A stretch of DNA of 64,000 bases. Source: Antedon mediterranea (lineage: Eukaryota; Animalia; Echinodermata). The notes under the pieces are model-generated. The model was not told the DNA's origin. It did no database searches and saw nothing but the letters and a program-made list of their open reading frames with translations. The stretch is from positions 34,296,304-34,360,303 of the forward strand of contig NC_092671.1 in the NCBI RefSeq assembly GCF_964355755.1. The letters are read 5' to 3'. How positions within the stretch are numbered: position 1 is the first letter of the stretch; each line of letters opens with the position of its first letter. A program made the translations under genes and the position numbers. Below, in pieces: positions 1-13,841 of the stretch.

Positions 1-469
1 AGGTCTAAAGAAGTGGTCATGTCGATGCCGGCATGATGCCAAGACGACCCGTTCTCACAGAAAACCATACCGGCATGGTAATGGTATATTCCCGCAATAT
101 TCCTGGCACACAACTCTGTGAGAAAGGGGCTTTAGTAATGTACAAATTGGTCCTCCTCCGCCAGTCAAAAATAACACATTAAATAATAATGTTCACACCT
201 TGCTACTTACTAAAGAACATCATCGTGAGGTTGTTTATTGAGGTTACTAACGAAGCCAAACAATGTAACCTACAAAGCCAACAACGTAGCCTGTTTTATC
301 TACGAAGCTACTTCGTAGGAAAAGTTGCGGTATTTTCTCTGATATATAATTTTCGATAATCAGAATCTGGAATAAAGTATTAAATCTACTGATAAACAAT
401 ACTGCTGTTTAATCTATATAATGAATAGATATTATATATATCATTAATTACATTATTTAGTAATCATGA

Positions 470-982
470 TAACCATACTGCCTAAAAAATGCTGATGGCT
501 GCGCGGCGACAATCCTTTGTTTTCTGCCGCGCCCGCCCTGGCTAACTTCTGTGTACGGCGGTACAATTGTTTTTATATTCCTTCTTTAAAACGGAGGTGA
601 TTTTCCACGAGGTTTGTGTCGTCCGCGCGTCACACTGTGCTGTGTGTTTGGTGTCCTTTTGTGTGATTGTGTAAGGCAGCATGCAATAAATGGACGAACT
701 TCCAATCACAACGAGTGTAAAATGTTTAGGGGCTTTGTACGCTTGAATGAACCTGACTCCTTTGCGGCGGCAGCGGTGACTAGTGGAAACTCCTGAGCCT
801 TCCGTAGTAGAGAGATTAAATTACAACACAGTGTTTGAAATAGGGAAAACACACCTGACTTCAATTTGAAACAACTCGCACAAGCAGACGATCTTGTCTT
901 GACGACCTATTCTGTTTCTTTAGTTGCAAACAGAAAAATCAGGTCGCAAATGCGACCAAATACCCCTTAATTTGCAGCCCTG
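470..982. mobile_element. Probable hAT-like DNA element end
   Basis: Ends ...ttaatttgcagccctg (reverse complement CAGGGCTGCAAATT, hAT-like CAG terminus). The other end was not identified. Confidence 0.35.
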
Positions 983-1749
983 CGTTGCTTTCTAAAAATA
1001 TAATATTTATTTGAAAGAAATTAAAAGTAAAGTAGTATTAATAGTTATAATAAAATATAAATTCATTAATGGAATTAATTATTATTGTCAATTAAAAGCA
1101 TAACCAAATACAAATTTAAACTTCCTACACCTCAAGAATTGTGTATTGAATTTCATGTACGTTATTATTAATTGAAATCTCTCAAATAATTATGATAATT
1201 TTAAAATACATTCACATAGATTGTTATTCATATTATATTATGTAAACAAAAAGATTTATAAATAAATGATTATGATTGTACAGAATTTAGTGTGAATAAA
1301 TAATGGTTACCACAAATCATAACAAACATCAACATTGCATTTACACATACTTCCTACACATTATTTAAATATAAAAATCAATCTTACAACTTTTGAATGT
1401 CTTTTTGAATATTTTAGATAATTGTCCAATTTGTAAAATAAGTTAATACAGTACTATAGTATCATGTACCTATAAAATGTATAGGTCCATGATAGTAATA
1501 CAAAACAGGTACAGGTACTGTAACTTGTTAAAACATAAGATAATCAAAATGCTTTTGACCTTTAACTTGCTATTGCAAATGTAATAACAAAATCAAGTTT
1601 AAGCTAACTATAATATAGTATGTTAAAACAATGACAGTACATAGCAATCTGGTTGTCAATAAATAACAAAGCTGGTAATTAAACAATGCATTAATATTCA
1701 GACATTATTTATGTAAATTTACTAATGAATCTTAATACTTTTTTTACAG

Positions 1750-1761
1750 AAAAAGGCGAAT
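1750..1761 (+). CDS. Putative 12-nt microexon (aaaaaggcgaat)
   Basis: tactaat branch point, T-tract, acag acceptor ending 1749, gtaagt donor at 1762. Confidence 0.6.
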
Positions 1762-2329
1762 GTAAGTATAAACTTTCATTGTCTAATTGTTTACTAAATT
1801 AAAAATGCAAAATGTATTACAAAGTAAAAGTAGTATAATGAAATAAATGAATGAATCAACTTGCAAATTATGGTAAAAACAAAGCATAATAAAAACAAAA
1901 TTTCATTTAGACACTTCCTATAACTCAGGAAGTGTGTATTGCATGTACTGTATTAATCTTTCAAATAATTATAATTATAAAAATGAATTCATAATTCATA
2001 ATTTAAAAAAATATATATACAAACAAAAATTATACTACAACTTTTAACTGTTTTATTTTTGGTATTTGAAATAATAGTATACATTAATGTTTACAAAGTG
2101 AATTAATATATAGATTTTTTTCCAAATAAAAACATTTTTTTTTAAATTGCTACTTTACATTTTTAAATTATAAGAGAATCAAACGATTTTAGCATAGTGA
2201 AAGAAAAAAAGACAATAAATAGCAGTCTAGTTGTCAATAAATAATAGAGCAGGTAGTTAAAAAATGCAAAACTATTCAAACATTATTTATGTAAACATAC
2301 TAATGAATCTAAAGAGAAAGAGAGTAACT

Positions 2330-4763
2330 TTCCAATACAGCGGTTGATCGAACGTTATTAATGGTAACATACCATGTTACCAGTACCAAAACGTATTTGC
2401 CCCAACTTATTTTAAACTCCTTATTTATGTGTCCAGTGTCTGATACTGAAATTATAGATTTTGTCAAATGCTTTGAAACTAATAAAGCGCAAGGACTTGA
2501 TGAATTCAGTCCAAAAGTTATTAAACAATCAATTTCCTTTTTGGTTAAACCTCTATGTCACATATTTAATCTATCTTTAACAAAAGGAGTTTTTCCAGAT
2601 AAATTGAGATAAAAAGAGTTACTGCCATCTTTGAAGCAGGTAAAAAGGACACTTTATCTAATTGCCGACCGATTTCAGTCCTTTCGGTATTTTCTAAAAT
2701 ATTAAAAAGAAATATCTATAATAGAACCTATGCCTTTATGAAAAAAAAACATATTCTATTCAATAGGCAATTTGGATTTCGCAAAAATGTTGATACCGCA
2801 ACCCGCAATGGCCTTAATTAATTGATTTGTCCAATGAAATAATAGATGCATTTGAAGATGATAAGTTTGCAGTTCAAAACTATAACCATTATGGTATTCG
2901 CGGTGTTTCTCTCAATTTATTTAAGAGCTATTTATCCAACCGCTACCAATATACCAAGTTTTTTTACTCCCAATCTGACTATTTGCCTATTAGCTGTGGA
3001 GTACCACAAGGTTCATTACTAGGTCCTCTTCTGTTTCTTTTATATGTGAATGATATTTACAATTCGTCAGTATCTTTATCTTATTTTTTTATATGCAGAT
3101 GACACAACACTAATATGTTAAAATCGACACTTAGAGTCGCTGTTTAACACTGTAAATACAAGTTTAACTAGAGGGTACTCCGAGAGTACAAACCTCCGCC
3201 TACTGTAAAATTCCTCTACATAAAATGCCCCCTGAATATTTTTTTTTAACATTTTTTTTTATTAGCTCTAAGTGTAAATATGTTAACTGCACACTACAAA
3301 GTTGTGGATGACAGTGTGGTGCAATGGTTATGTATCCAGCCTCTCACAGTTGAGGTCGCTGGTTCAAGCCCCACTGAGGGTTTTTTTTTTTATTATTTTT
3401 TTATTTTTTATTTTTTTTTTTTTGGTGGACCTTGATCTTTGACCCTGACCCTTCAAAATGTAACCACAATTATATGATGTGTCATTGATCATTGTGGCTA
3501 AGTTTGGTGAGAATCGGATCAAAACTGTGGTCTCTAGACAGTAAAATAGTTTTTTGTTAGTTGTGACCTTGACCTATGACCTTTCCCCTCAAATTCGAAC
3601 TCGTCCGAGCTTTTTGGGCATAGATCATTGTGTCCAAATTTGGTTAGAATCGGATAAAAACTGTGGCCTCCAGGCTGTTCACAGACACACACACAAACAC
3701 ACAAACACACACACAAACACACAAACAAACACACACACAAACATACAGGGGTGAAAACATAACCTCCTTGGCGGAGGTAATTAATGTATCCGAATGGTTT
3801 CTGGCAAATTTCCTTTCTGTAAATTTAAAAAAGTGCAGCTGTGTTTTGTTTAGAAGTAGTCCGATGCCGGTTAAATTAGGTCCATTGCAAATTAAACTAA
3901 ACGGTTTTGTTCTCCCCATGGTCAATCATGTTAAATGTTTGGGTGTATCCATTGATAGTCGTCTGACATGAAAACCTCATAATTATTATTGAGACAGAAA
4001 ACAAAATCTTGATTTAAATTAATTAAATTATTGATATAATTTGTAGACTGGCATCTTTTCTTCCACATAACATTCCCATACAATTTAAATAAACTTCAAA
4101 TACTAAAACAAAAAAATCATCATACGAATTATTTCGAATGTTTCACCTAGAACTAATACAGATCCTTTATTTCGGTCTCTTAAATTATTAAAATTGACAG
4201 ATATTAATATTTGTCAACAATGTTTATTTATTTACAAAAGCCAAAATGCTCTTCTTCCATCTCATTTGCGCGATATGTTTTCACCCAATTATGAATTTCA
4301 CGGCTATTCTAAAGGAATCCTCAATAACCTTCATATTCCTAAATACAAAAAGACTGGACTCAAGATATGGAACTCACTTCCTAACATAATTACAACTTCT
4401 GCTAATAAACATAGCTTCATCCTTAACACTAAACATATTTAACACAAAAGTAATTTAATAACTAGTTATATTCTAGGTATCAGTTTTTATTGTTTTCATA
4501 TTCTTTTACGGTAAATACTTTATCCCTATCTATTATTTACTAATTTGATTTTAATTATTTTTTTGTTTTTGTTCAGGCACTTTCAACACAAGCTTTTGCT
4601 TTCCGAAATTGTGCCTCCTTCATAATATTGTTTTATTCATTTTAAGTATTGTATTGTTTTAACTACCTTACTTCTCGTTATAAATTTTGTATTGTATTAT
4701 TTATATTTTGTATATTATGAAGGAAATAAATGTTACTATGAAATGTAATGAAATGAAATGAAA
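2330..4763 (+). mobile_element. Decayed 5'-truncated L2/CR1-type LINE (RT pseudogene)
   Basis: Fragments LVKPLCHIFNLSL..GVFPD, GVPQGSLLGPLLFLLYVND, frameshifted YADD, GLKIWNSLP; 3' (gaaat)n tail. Confidence 0.9.
3166..3780. mobile_element. Non-autonomous Helentron/HINE-like element with internal tRNA-like segment, inserted in the LINE
   Basis: Subterminal inverted motif cctccgcc (3194) / ggcggagg (3770), terminal hairpin acctccttggcggaggt, (CA)-rich microsatellite. The LINE frame resumes on both sides. A-box and B-box-like motifs lie at 3317-3370. Confidence 0.6.
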
Positions 4764-6534
4764 ATCTTTTGCTGTAAGACTGCAAACTTACTCCAAGGTT
4801 GAAAGAATGTATGTTTTATCTCCAGAATAAATGTCAATCATTGGCAAAAATACTATTGACGATTGGTTTGGGTATTTCATTTCTCAGTGAAAAGTGTACA
4901 TCATACCTTGCCAATTGGGTGTTGTCTGATTACATTTTAGTGAAAGTTCACATAAAATATCAAATCCCCCATAATAGTCGGCATTTGTTGGAAGGTCTTC
5001 AAATACCACATTGCGATGAGCATTGCTTAGAGACCGGTATACAAACATTGAGATTTTTGTCTTCTCAATGATATTTAAATCTGATAATTTTTGTCAAATT
5101 GGATACAAAAATCATATAAAAAGAGTGCGATCTTATCTCAACCAATTGGCATGATATGATAAGTGCTGCATAGTTAAAGGTCAATAACATGTTTTTCCTT
5201 CCGTGTTGTGAAAAATTTTTCATTATACTAAATACAAATATTTTTGAATTCAAACAATTTGAGCCATAAAATATATTTTTAAGACCTGCCGTTGAGATAT
5301 AGCACATCGAGGTCTACGGTCAAATTGTCAGAAATTGTATTTCCGATCATTTTTGGTCAAAATGTTCCATTATAACAAATATAAATATGTATCTACTGAG
5401 TATTTTGGTACTAAAATCATATCAATAGACCAAGTAGTTTAGGAAGAATGGCCATTTACAAAAAAAACACTTTCTGGTGGTCGAAATTCTTTAGACTTTT
5501 TTTCTGTTATTTAGTACACCCAATACTACCAAAATCTGTTGAAAAACCTTTTGTTGCAATTTTTTGAGGTGAAACCTTATTTCTACTCTACTAAGAACGA
5601 ATGATAGACATCAGCGTATTCTGAAAATTGTGCTTATAAATCTTTTCTTGGGATATAGCATCTGTCTCATTTAATGATAACTGTGTGCATAGCCTAATTG
5701 TTAGACATTCGTAACAGTTTCCAGAATTCCGAATAACCTTTAATTATTTTGTTTGTCCATTATTCAACAGTCACAAGACAAAAGCCGTTTAAAACAAAGT
5801 GATTAGTGACGATATAGTGTTCACGTTTAATTTATTTTTCAAAAATTAAAAAGGTGTTTAATCAAATCGGTATTCCGACACTGTCAAAAGACATTAGTGA
5901 AGTTCCAGTTAACCCAATCACCTAAATTGTCCTCATCATCAAAGTAAAAAAAAAAGAAACATACTTTTGTTTTCAATCATTGTCCGTGGTGGTAAATACA
6001 AAGAGGGACAGTACTCTCCTTTATTAAGTGATGGTGAATTTGTATTGGGCCTAATTTTCTATCTCCCGGGCTTGTGATGAGACAACTATTCAACTGTCTA
6101 GTCTCCTGATTTTCAACAGATTGTCGACGTCAAGCTTCTAAATAAATCACTTTTCAGTCTGGAGTACGCCCTCTAGCCTTCAGCTTATACAAACTCTCTC
6201 TGCTTTCATTCGACCACCACCACCAAAGATCTTATAATAACTTTTATAAGTTCTTTGATTCGGCACATACTACAGTATACACCACCATACTTTCCGTAGG
6301 AACTATCTTTGGTAGGAACCAAAGATACTAGGCCTAGGCCTATAGCTGGAGGTAGGTCCTGCATTTTTAGCCGGTTGGAATTTGATGTTTATTTTAATGT
6401 TTTAATTACATCTGAACAATATAAATAAATAATCGAGGATTGTAAATGTTTCAAGGAATACACAATTAAAAGTTTATCGAAACTATTTTATTTAAATTTT
6501 GTCTATAGCCTAGCTTTTAGATACAGTAGAGTAG

Positions 6535-7613
6535 GGGTGTCACGAAACCTAAGACCACGAAAGCGAAGACCCCATAAGACCTAAGATCACGAAAGCTAAG
6601 ACCCAACACCTAAGATTACAAATATTTATCTTTCGCACCTGCCTTGTATTTTAACTCCCAACATTTATTCTGAATACCACACCTTAGAATTGGCACTTTC
6701 ATGAAAAAGAATCACATAAAAAGTAACAAATACATTTTTAAATTGATGATTTTACAGACGTTTTTCTCGCACACAAAATGACTAGCCTACAGTACAGTAG
6801 GCCTACCCCATGGGCCATGTTCAATGTTTTTGTTTCTATGGAACGTCAAAAGAGCAAAAATTATATAGAGGGCTGAAAACTCTGTGGAGTCCATCTGCAG
6901 TGTGGATGGAACAATGTAAAATTAAAATTGTAATGATAATAGTATAATCATGCAAGTACGAAGAAATAAATACTGGCAAATAAATTTTAATTTAAAAATC
7001 ATGATAAGTTTTTTTGTTTCGTTTTCTTTCTGTTTTTATACTTGTACTATTATTGTTGCTCTTTTGGCGCTCCATAGAAACAAAAACATTGAGCATGGGG
7101 AGCTCGAGGAGTTACATTACAGTATACAAAGAAACACATCTGTAAAATCATCAATTTAAAGGATTTATTTATTTGTTATTATGTGTTTCTCCTTCTGAAA
7201 GTACTTATAAGTCCTAATTTTAAAGTGTGGTGTTCAGGATAAAGTTAGTCAACAAATTTGGAGTCAAAATACAAGAAAGGCAGGTGCGTAAGAAAAACAT
7301 CCTCTGAACCAACACAATGGAGTAAATATATACCAACAAACAACCCGTCAAGTTTGTTTGTTGTAAAGAAAAAATATACATTTACTCAACGGGCGAAAAT
7401 AATGTGAGTTTATCTATGTTTTGCGGTAGTATTAAATTATAATTATGGTAATAAATGAAACCTACTGTGTTTAAAATTATGTATGGATAAACAAGTATTG
7501 TTTTTAAGCTGTAGTATATCTTAGTATTTGTAATCTTAGTGTTGGGTCTTAGCTTTCGTGATCTTAGGTCTTAGGGGGTCGGAGCTTTCGTGATCTTAGG
7601 TTTCGTGACACCC
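6535..7613. mobile_element. MITE, Mutator-like non-autonomous element
   Basis: ~90-bp TIR gggtgtcacgaaacctaaga... and 10-bp TSD agtagagtag (6525-6534 / 7614-7623). A second partial inverted copy lies at 50150-52690. Confidence 0.85.
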
Positions 7614-8677
7614 AGTAGAGTAGGCCTAATTAGCCTACTCTAAGGGCCTCCTAGCCTAGCCTACCCTGGGCCTAGAGGCTAGGTAGGCCTTCCCTAGGCC
7701 TAGCCTAGTAAGTAATAATAGGCCTATAGGCCCTAGTACCTTGATATCTAAAAACTAAGCCTAGAATAGGCATCATCCCAATTGACATTGTAAAATAAAT
7801 TCATGAATTATTAAATATTATCTTTTTAAATCATAACAATCAAGGGTACAACAAGTAGTAATAGTATTATAATGAAATATAATTACAGGTATATAAAATT
7901 AAGATTTTTATAATAGTGAATAAACTTTGTTACTTACTAAAAATATAATATTTATTTGAAAGAATTTAAAAGTACAAGTAGTATTATAATGAAATATAAA
8001 TTCATGAATGGACTAAATGTTATTATTATTGTCAAAGCATAAACCAAATACAAATTTAGACTTCCTACACCTCAAGAATTGTGTATTGAATTTCATGTAC
8101 GTTATTAATAATTGAAATCTCTCAAATAATTATGATAATTTTAAAATACATTCACATAGATTGTTATTAATATTATGTAAACAAAAAATATTTTTCAAGA
8201 AATTATTGTACAGCAAGTGTGAATAAAGAATGGTTACCACAAAGCATAACAAACATCAACATTGCATTTACACATACTTCCTACACATTATTTGAATAGA
8301 ACTTAATCAATCTTACAACTTTTGAATGTATTTTTGAATATTTTAGATAATTGTCCAATTTGTAAAATAAGTTAATACAGTACTATAGTAGCATGTACCT
8401 ATAAAATGTATAGGTCCATGATAGTAATACAAAACAGGTACAGGTACTGTAACTTGTTAAAACATAAGATAATCAAAATGCTTTTTACCTTTAACTTGCT
8501 CTTGCAAATTAATAACAAAATCAAGTTTAAACTAACTATAATAAAAAATGTTAAAACAATGACAATAAATAGCAATCTGGTTTTCAATAAATAACAGAGC
8601 TGGTGATTTAAACAATGCATTAATATTAAGACATTATTTATGTAAACTTACTAATGAATCTTACTACTTTTTTTCAG

Positions 8678-8689
8678 CAAATGGTATGA
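8678..8689 (+). CDS. Putative 12-nt microexon (caaatggtatga)
   Basis: tactaat, T-tract, tcag acceptor ending 8677, gtaagt donor at 8690. Confidence 0.6.
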   Translation, partial: QMV

Positions 8690-8864
8690 GTAAGTATAAA
8701 CTTTAATTGTCTAAATTAAAAATGCAAAATGTATTTCAAAGTAAAAGTAGTATAATGAAATAAATGAATGAATCAACTTACAAATTATAGTTAAAACAAA
8801 GCATAATAAAAACAAAATTTCATTTACACACTTCCTATAACTCAGGAAGTGTGTATTGAATTGC

Positions 8865-9829
8865 TAGACTTGCCCCAAGTCTGTATTGTTTTTTTTTATA
8901 ATTTATTTGTTTTTATTTCGACCGCGATTTTTGTCTGAAATACAGACTTGTGAAACACGTATAGAAATCGATTTGCAGACCGCAAACATCTGATAAGAAT
9001 GACGTAGGTTATCATACCGTATTTGGCTATATGGGGCGGGCGGTATGTAAATATGGATTTCAAATCAACCAATGATCATTTTGTTTCAAAATGAAAAAGA
9101 TCGAGTACGTACAGTGCTGAATGTACGATCGAGACTGTTGAAATATGAAATCGTGTTGCCAAGTTGTTTTGTTTTATTGTTTAGTCCTTAGCCTAGGCCT
9201 CCTTCGTAGGTCGTACTCAACTCGCACGTATGATCTGCCAAATAAAACGCCAATAAGAGGTAGGCCTACATACCACCACCGGCACACAACAGGATTCACA
9301 CACAACAGACAGGGCTACGACACCACTACACAGAACAGGATAGAGTCTGGGTGGGAATTAAATCAAATTATCTCCGCGTAATATTAAATGATCCATTCAA
9401 TGTTTGATTTGCGGAGAAGCAAGACGAGTTTTCATGTTCTTCTTGGGAAAAATCCCATCAAATGTTTACCAGACTACTACTAGGCATATAAAATCATTTC
9501 TAGCCTTCAGAAACGTTCATCAATGTACCCAAGTACATTGTCTAAACGTAAAATAGCGCATGCGTACCATCTTAGTTGTTGAGTCTTTGAAATTCTGAAA
9601 TATGAATATTAAAACGGTGTACGAGTGAGTAGCCAATCGCATGCAGCTGAAACTAGTCAACCGGATAATCTATGCACCAAGAATTCTTGGTGTCAAACCA
9701 CGTGACTTTTGCGTGTTTCCCCAGACGGAGTATCCAAACTCAAGTAATACAGGTATGAAACGCCATATGTGCAAAAATATTTATATTTTTACTAATATTA
9801 AGAAAAAACTCCGTCTGGAGCCCAGACTA
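8865..9829. mobile_element. Non-autonomous DNA transposon with TAG...CTA ends (Academ-like)
   Basis: 9-bp TSD ttgaattgc (8856-8864 / 9830-9838); an empty-site version of the host repeat is at ~13530. Confidence 0.7.
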
Positions 9830-10877
9830 TTGAATTGCATGTACTGTATTAATCTTTCAAATAATTATATTGTAAAAAAAAAATATATATATAAACAAAA
9901 GTTATACTACAACTTGTTACTGTTTTATTTTATGTCTTTGGAATAATTGACTGTATACAATACAAAGTGAACTAATATAGATTTTTGTCTAAAGAAAAAA
10001 AAAAAAATTTAAATTGCTATTATACATTTTTAAATTATAAGAGAATCAAAAGAGTTTAGCATAGTGAAAGAAAAAATGACAATAAATAGCAGTCTAGTTG
10101 TCAATATAGCAGGTAGTTAAACAATGCATAACTATTCAGACATTATTTAGATAAACATACTAATGAATCTAAAGAGAAACAGAGGAAGTATAAACTTGAA
10201 CTATCTATTGTTAACTAAAGTGTGACATTTATTACAAAACAATTGAAAGTACAAGTAGTATAATGAAATAGAAATTCATAAATGGACTTGCATATTTTGC
10301 TCAAGAAGAAGCATATAAAATCAAATTTTCATTTCCTACACCTCAAGAACTGTGTATTGAATTTCGTGTAACTGTTTTATTGCTAATTTTATAATGAAAT
10401 GCAAAATTATGGACATAATTAATTATTAATGGTCAAGACAAATCATAACAAAATCAAAATTGATTTTAGACATTACACCTCAAGAATTGTGTATTGATTT
10501 TTATGTAACTTTATTAATGTTAATCTTTTAAATAGTTGTAATAATTTTTTAAAAAATTCATAAATTAATAGTTATCAATGGCCTTGCAATTATGGTTACC
10601 ACAAAGCAATAACAACATCAAAATTTAATCTTTTAAATAATTGTAAAATAAATATATTATTATTTATTTATTCTATTTTTAAGTCATAAAAAATCAAAAA
10701 CATGAAATAAAGATTAAATTTACTAAAATATAATAAGTGAAACAAAAAAATTGACAATACATAAGCAGTCAGATTGTCAATAAATAACAGATCAGGTAAT
10801 TTAAACAATGCAGAGCTATTCACAGGCATTATTTATTTAAACATACTAATGAATCTTAAAATACTTTTATTTTACAG

Positions 10878-10892
10878 TGAACTGTTATTATA
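10878..10892 (+). CDS. Putative 15-nt microexon (tgaactgttattata)
   Basis: catactaat, T-tract, acag acceptor ending 10877, weaker gtaaag donor at 10893. Confidence 0.45.
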
Positions 10893-12141
10893 GTAAAGTA
10901 TAAACTTAAAATGTGAAACCAAATAAAAAATACAACTATTATAATGAATTGTAAATTTAAAAAATATTATTATGGTTAGGACAAAGCATAACAAATCAGG
11001 ATTGCATTTAGACTCTACTTTACACTACACTAAGGAAATGTGTATTGAATTAATATACTACTGTATCTGAGTTTGAATATTTTTTTTAATTAAAAAATAA
11101 GTTATTTTAATAGATTTATGCTTTGAAAATTATTGTTTGAATGGTACTGAATTGAAACTTATTAAATCAAAGGAAAATCAAATGGTTTTCAGTCTGTCTG
11201 ACTCACTATTGCCAAAATAAATTGTGTATTTAAGTTTATGTTAACTGTATTAATTTGAGTCTTTCAAATGTCATAATTGAAAAAATAAATGAATCATTAT
11301 TTTAACAAAAAATATTTAAAAAAATGAAAACTTCTGTTGGCTAAAAGTACGGTAAAATTGCATTTAGTCAAAATCAGACAATGTGATGCTGGTATGTGTG
11401 TGATGTCATCATAAGGAGTTTGGATTTTTTTTTTCATATTGCGAACAGGAATAATTATATAATGAGTAAGAGAAGAAAATAACAATTCACAAACCGTCTG
11501 ATTGACAATAAATAATAGAGCAGATAATTTAAACAATGCAGAAACTATTCAGACATTATTTATGTAAACTAATGAATATTTAATACTTTTTTTTTCCGAA
11601 AAATGAAAGTACAAGTAGTAATGAATAAATTGATGAATGGAATTGCATATTATGATCAACACAAGCATATCAACATTGATTTTAGACACTTACTATACCT
11701 CAAGAATTGTGTATTGAATTTCATGTAACTTTATTAATTTGAATTTTTAAATAATTGTAAAATAAATTCAATAAATTATTATTTAATATTTTCTTTTTAA
11801 ATCATAAAAATCAAGGGTTTTTGACTAATGACACTATTGCAAAAATAATAAGAACCAATTTTAATATTTATCCCAATGTATAATACATTTTAGAAATTAA
11901 CAGAACATAATTCATCTAAGAAAACAATATCAAACATTTAAATAGTAAGATGATAATTTAGAGACAATGCCTAATCGTCAATAAACAAAATAGGAAGAAA
12001 TAAAAAAAAAAACACTAATGACAATATAAACTATTCTGGCAGAACTTATTTGTATATATACTAATGACAATGTCAAAGGTTAATAAGTAAAATAATAATA
12101 TACCAGTACCATTTAATAGTAAATATGGTACTGTATATAGT

Positions 12142-12578
12142 AAATGGAAACTGGCCGTTAATGTTGATAAAACAAAAATCATAATATTTAATAAGAGGGG
12201 AAAAGTTCTAAATTATAAATTTTATTTCGGGACCGTTAACATAGAAATCACAAATGAATACAGTTATCTTGGTATAACGTTCATCCCATCTGGTTCCTTT
12301 AACAGAGCAATGAATAAATTAAAAGACAAAGCCCTTACAAGTTTTTTCAGAATTAGAAATACTTTGTCGTTCGCATCCGTCAATAGGGCATTTCAACTGT
12401 CAAGAAGTTTAATTAATCCTATTGTGAGTTACGGAAGTGAAGTATGGGCTCCTTATTTATTAAGAAATGTAAATGAAAATAATTTTATCGATCAATGTGA
12501 TAAATATTCTGGATAATCGATTAATATTAAAATATGCAAAAATATTCTTGGAGTAAACAAAAAAGCATCCAACCATCC
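12142..12578 (+). mobile_element. LINE RT C-terminal fragment
   Basis: WKLAVNVDKTKIIIF...YSYLGITF...PIVSYGSEVW. Confidence 0.75.
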
Positions 12579-13757
12579 AAACAAAATCAAAATTGCATTT
12601 ACACATACTTCATGCACCCCAGGAATTGTGGATGAAATTTCATGTTCTGTATTATATTAAATCTTTCAAATAATTGTACTAATTGTAAAATAAGTTCATA
12701 GATTAATAATTAAACAATAGCAAAATTATTAAAAATATTTATTTACAAAAAAATAAATCTTACAACTTTTGACTGTATTTTGGATCTTTTAGCTAATTTT
12801 CCAAATTGTAAAATTAGTTTACTATATTATATGTATTATTTAAAAGTTCCATGTAAAGCAGTATGATGAAATATAAATTGAATGATGAATAACTTCAATA
12901 TTATTACTATTACTGTTTCCTTTAGACACTTCCTACACCTGTGAAATTTATTACAACAAGATTGAAATATATTATAATTAAATGTAAATTGAATGGACTT
13001 TATCCACTTATTAAAGCAAAACAGAATCAAAATTGCATTTAGACACATTCTACACCCCAGAAAGTGTGTATTGAATGTCATGTACTGTATTAATTTGAAT
13101 ATCTTTCAAATAGTTGTAAAATAAATTCATGATACAACTTTTTACTCTATTTATTTGGTTATTTTAAATTATTGTCTAAATTACAGAATAAGTTAATTCA
13201 ATAGATCTTTGTTTATATTGTTATTATATTCAGAATCAAAATAAATGTTATTACTGTTAATTATAACTTTTTAAATGATAAGAATATCAAGATATTTTAG
13301 ACTAAATGACCTGCTATTGCAAAATAATAACAAAAATAAAGATTAAACTTACTATAATTAGCAGTATGGTTGTTAATTATATAGAGCAAGTAATTGAAAC
13401 AATGCAACTATTCATTCAGACATTATTCATGTAAACATACTAATGAATTAATATAAAATGCAAATTATAGTAATAAAACAAATAATAAAAACAAAATTTC
13501 ATTTAGACACTTCAATAACTCAGGAAATGTGTATTGAATTGCATGTACTGTATTAATCTTTCAAATAATTATAATTGTAAAAATAAATTCATAATTCATA
13601 ATTTAAAAAAAAATATATAAAAATAAAACTTTTTACTGTTTTATTTTGGGTATTTGGGATAATTGACTGTATACATTACAAAGTAAATTAATATATAGAT
13701 TGTTGTCTAAATAAAAATATTTTTTTAAAAAATTGCTATTACTAGATGGTACGCGAG

Positions 13758-13759
<2 letters not shown>

Positions 13760-13838
<79 letters not shown>
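13760..13838. repeat. (TA)n microsatellite
   Basis: ~40 TA units, flanking the Penelope cluster. Confidence 0.95.

Positions 13839-13839
<1 letters not shown>

Positions 13840-13841
<2 letters not shown>

Noticed and set aside
3310-3380. Functional tRNA gene
   Set aside because: The acceptor stem does not pair convincingly and it lies inside a mobile element.
3534-3971. Low-complexity CV/TH ORFs (also 13633-14057, 56030-56372, 61008-61348)
   Set aside because: Translations of (CA)n, (TA)n or LTR microsatellites.
7620-7770. taggcct/ctag-rich palindromic tracts (also ~24840-25330, 41850-41940, 55640-55830, 62220-62360)
   Set aside because: Recurrent low-complexity sequence with no defined unit or boundaries; no function can be supported.
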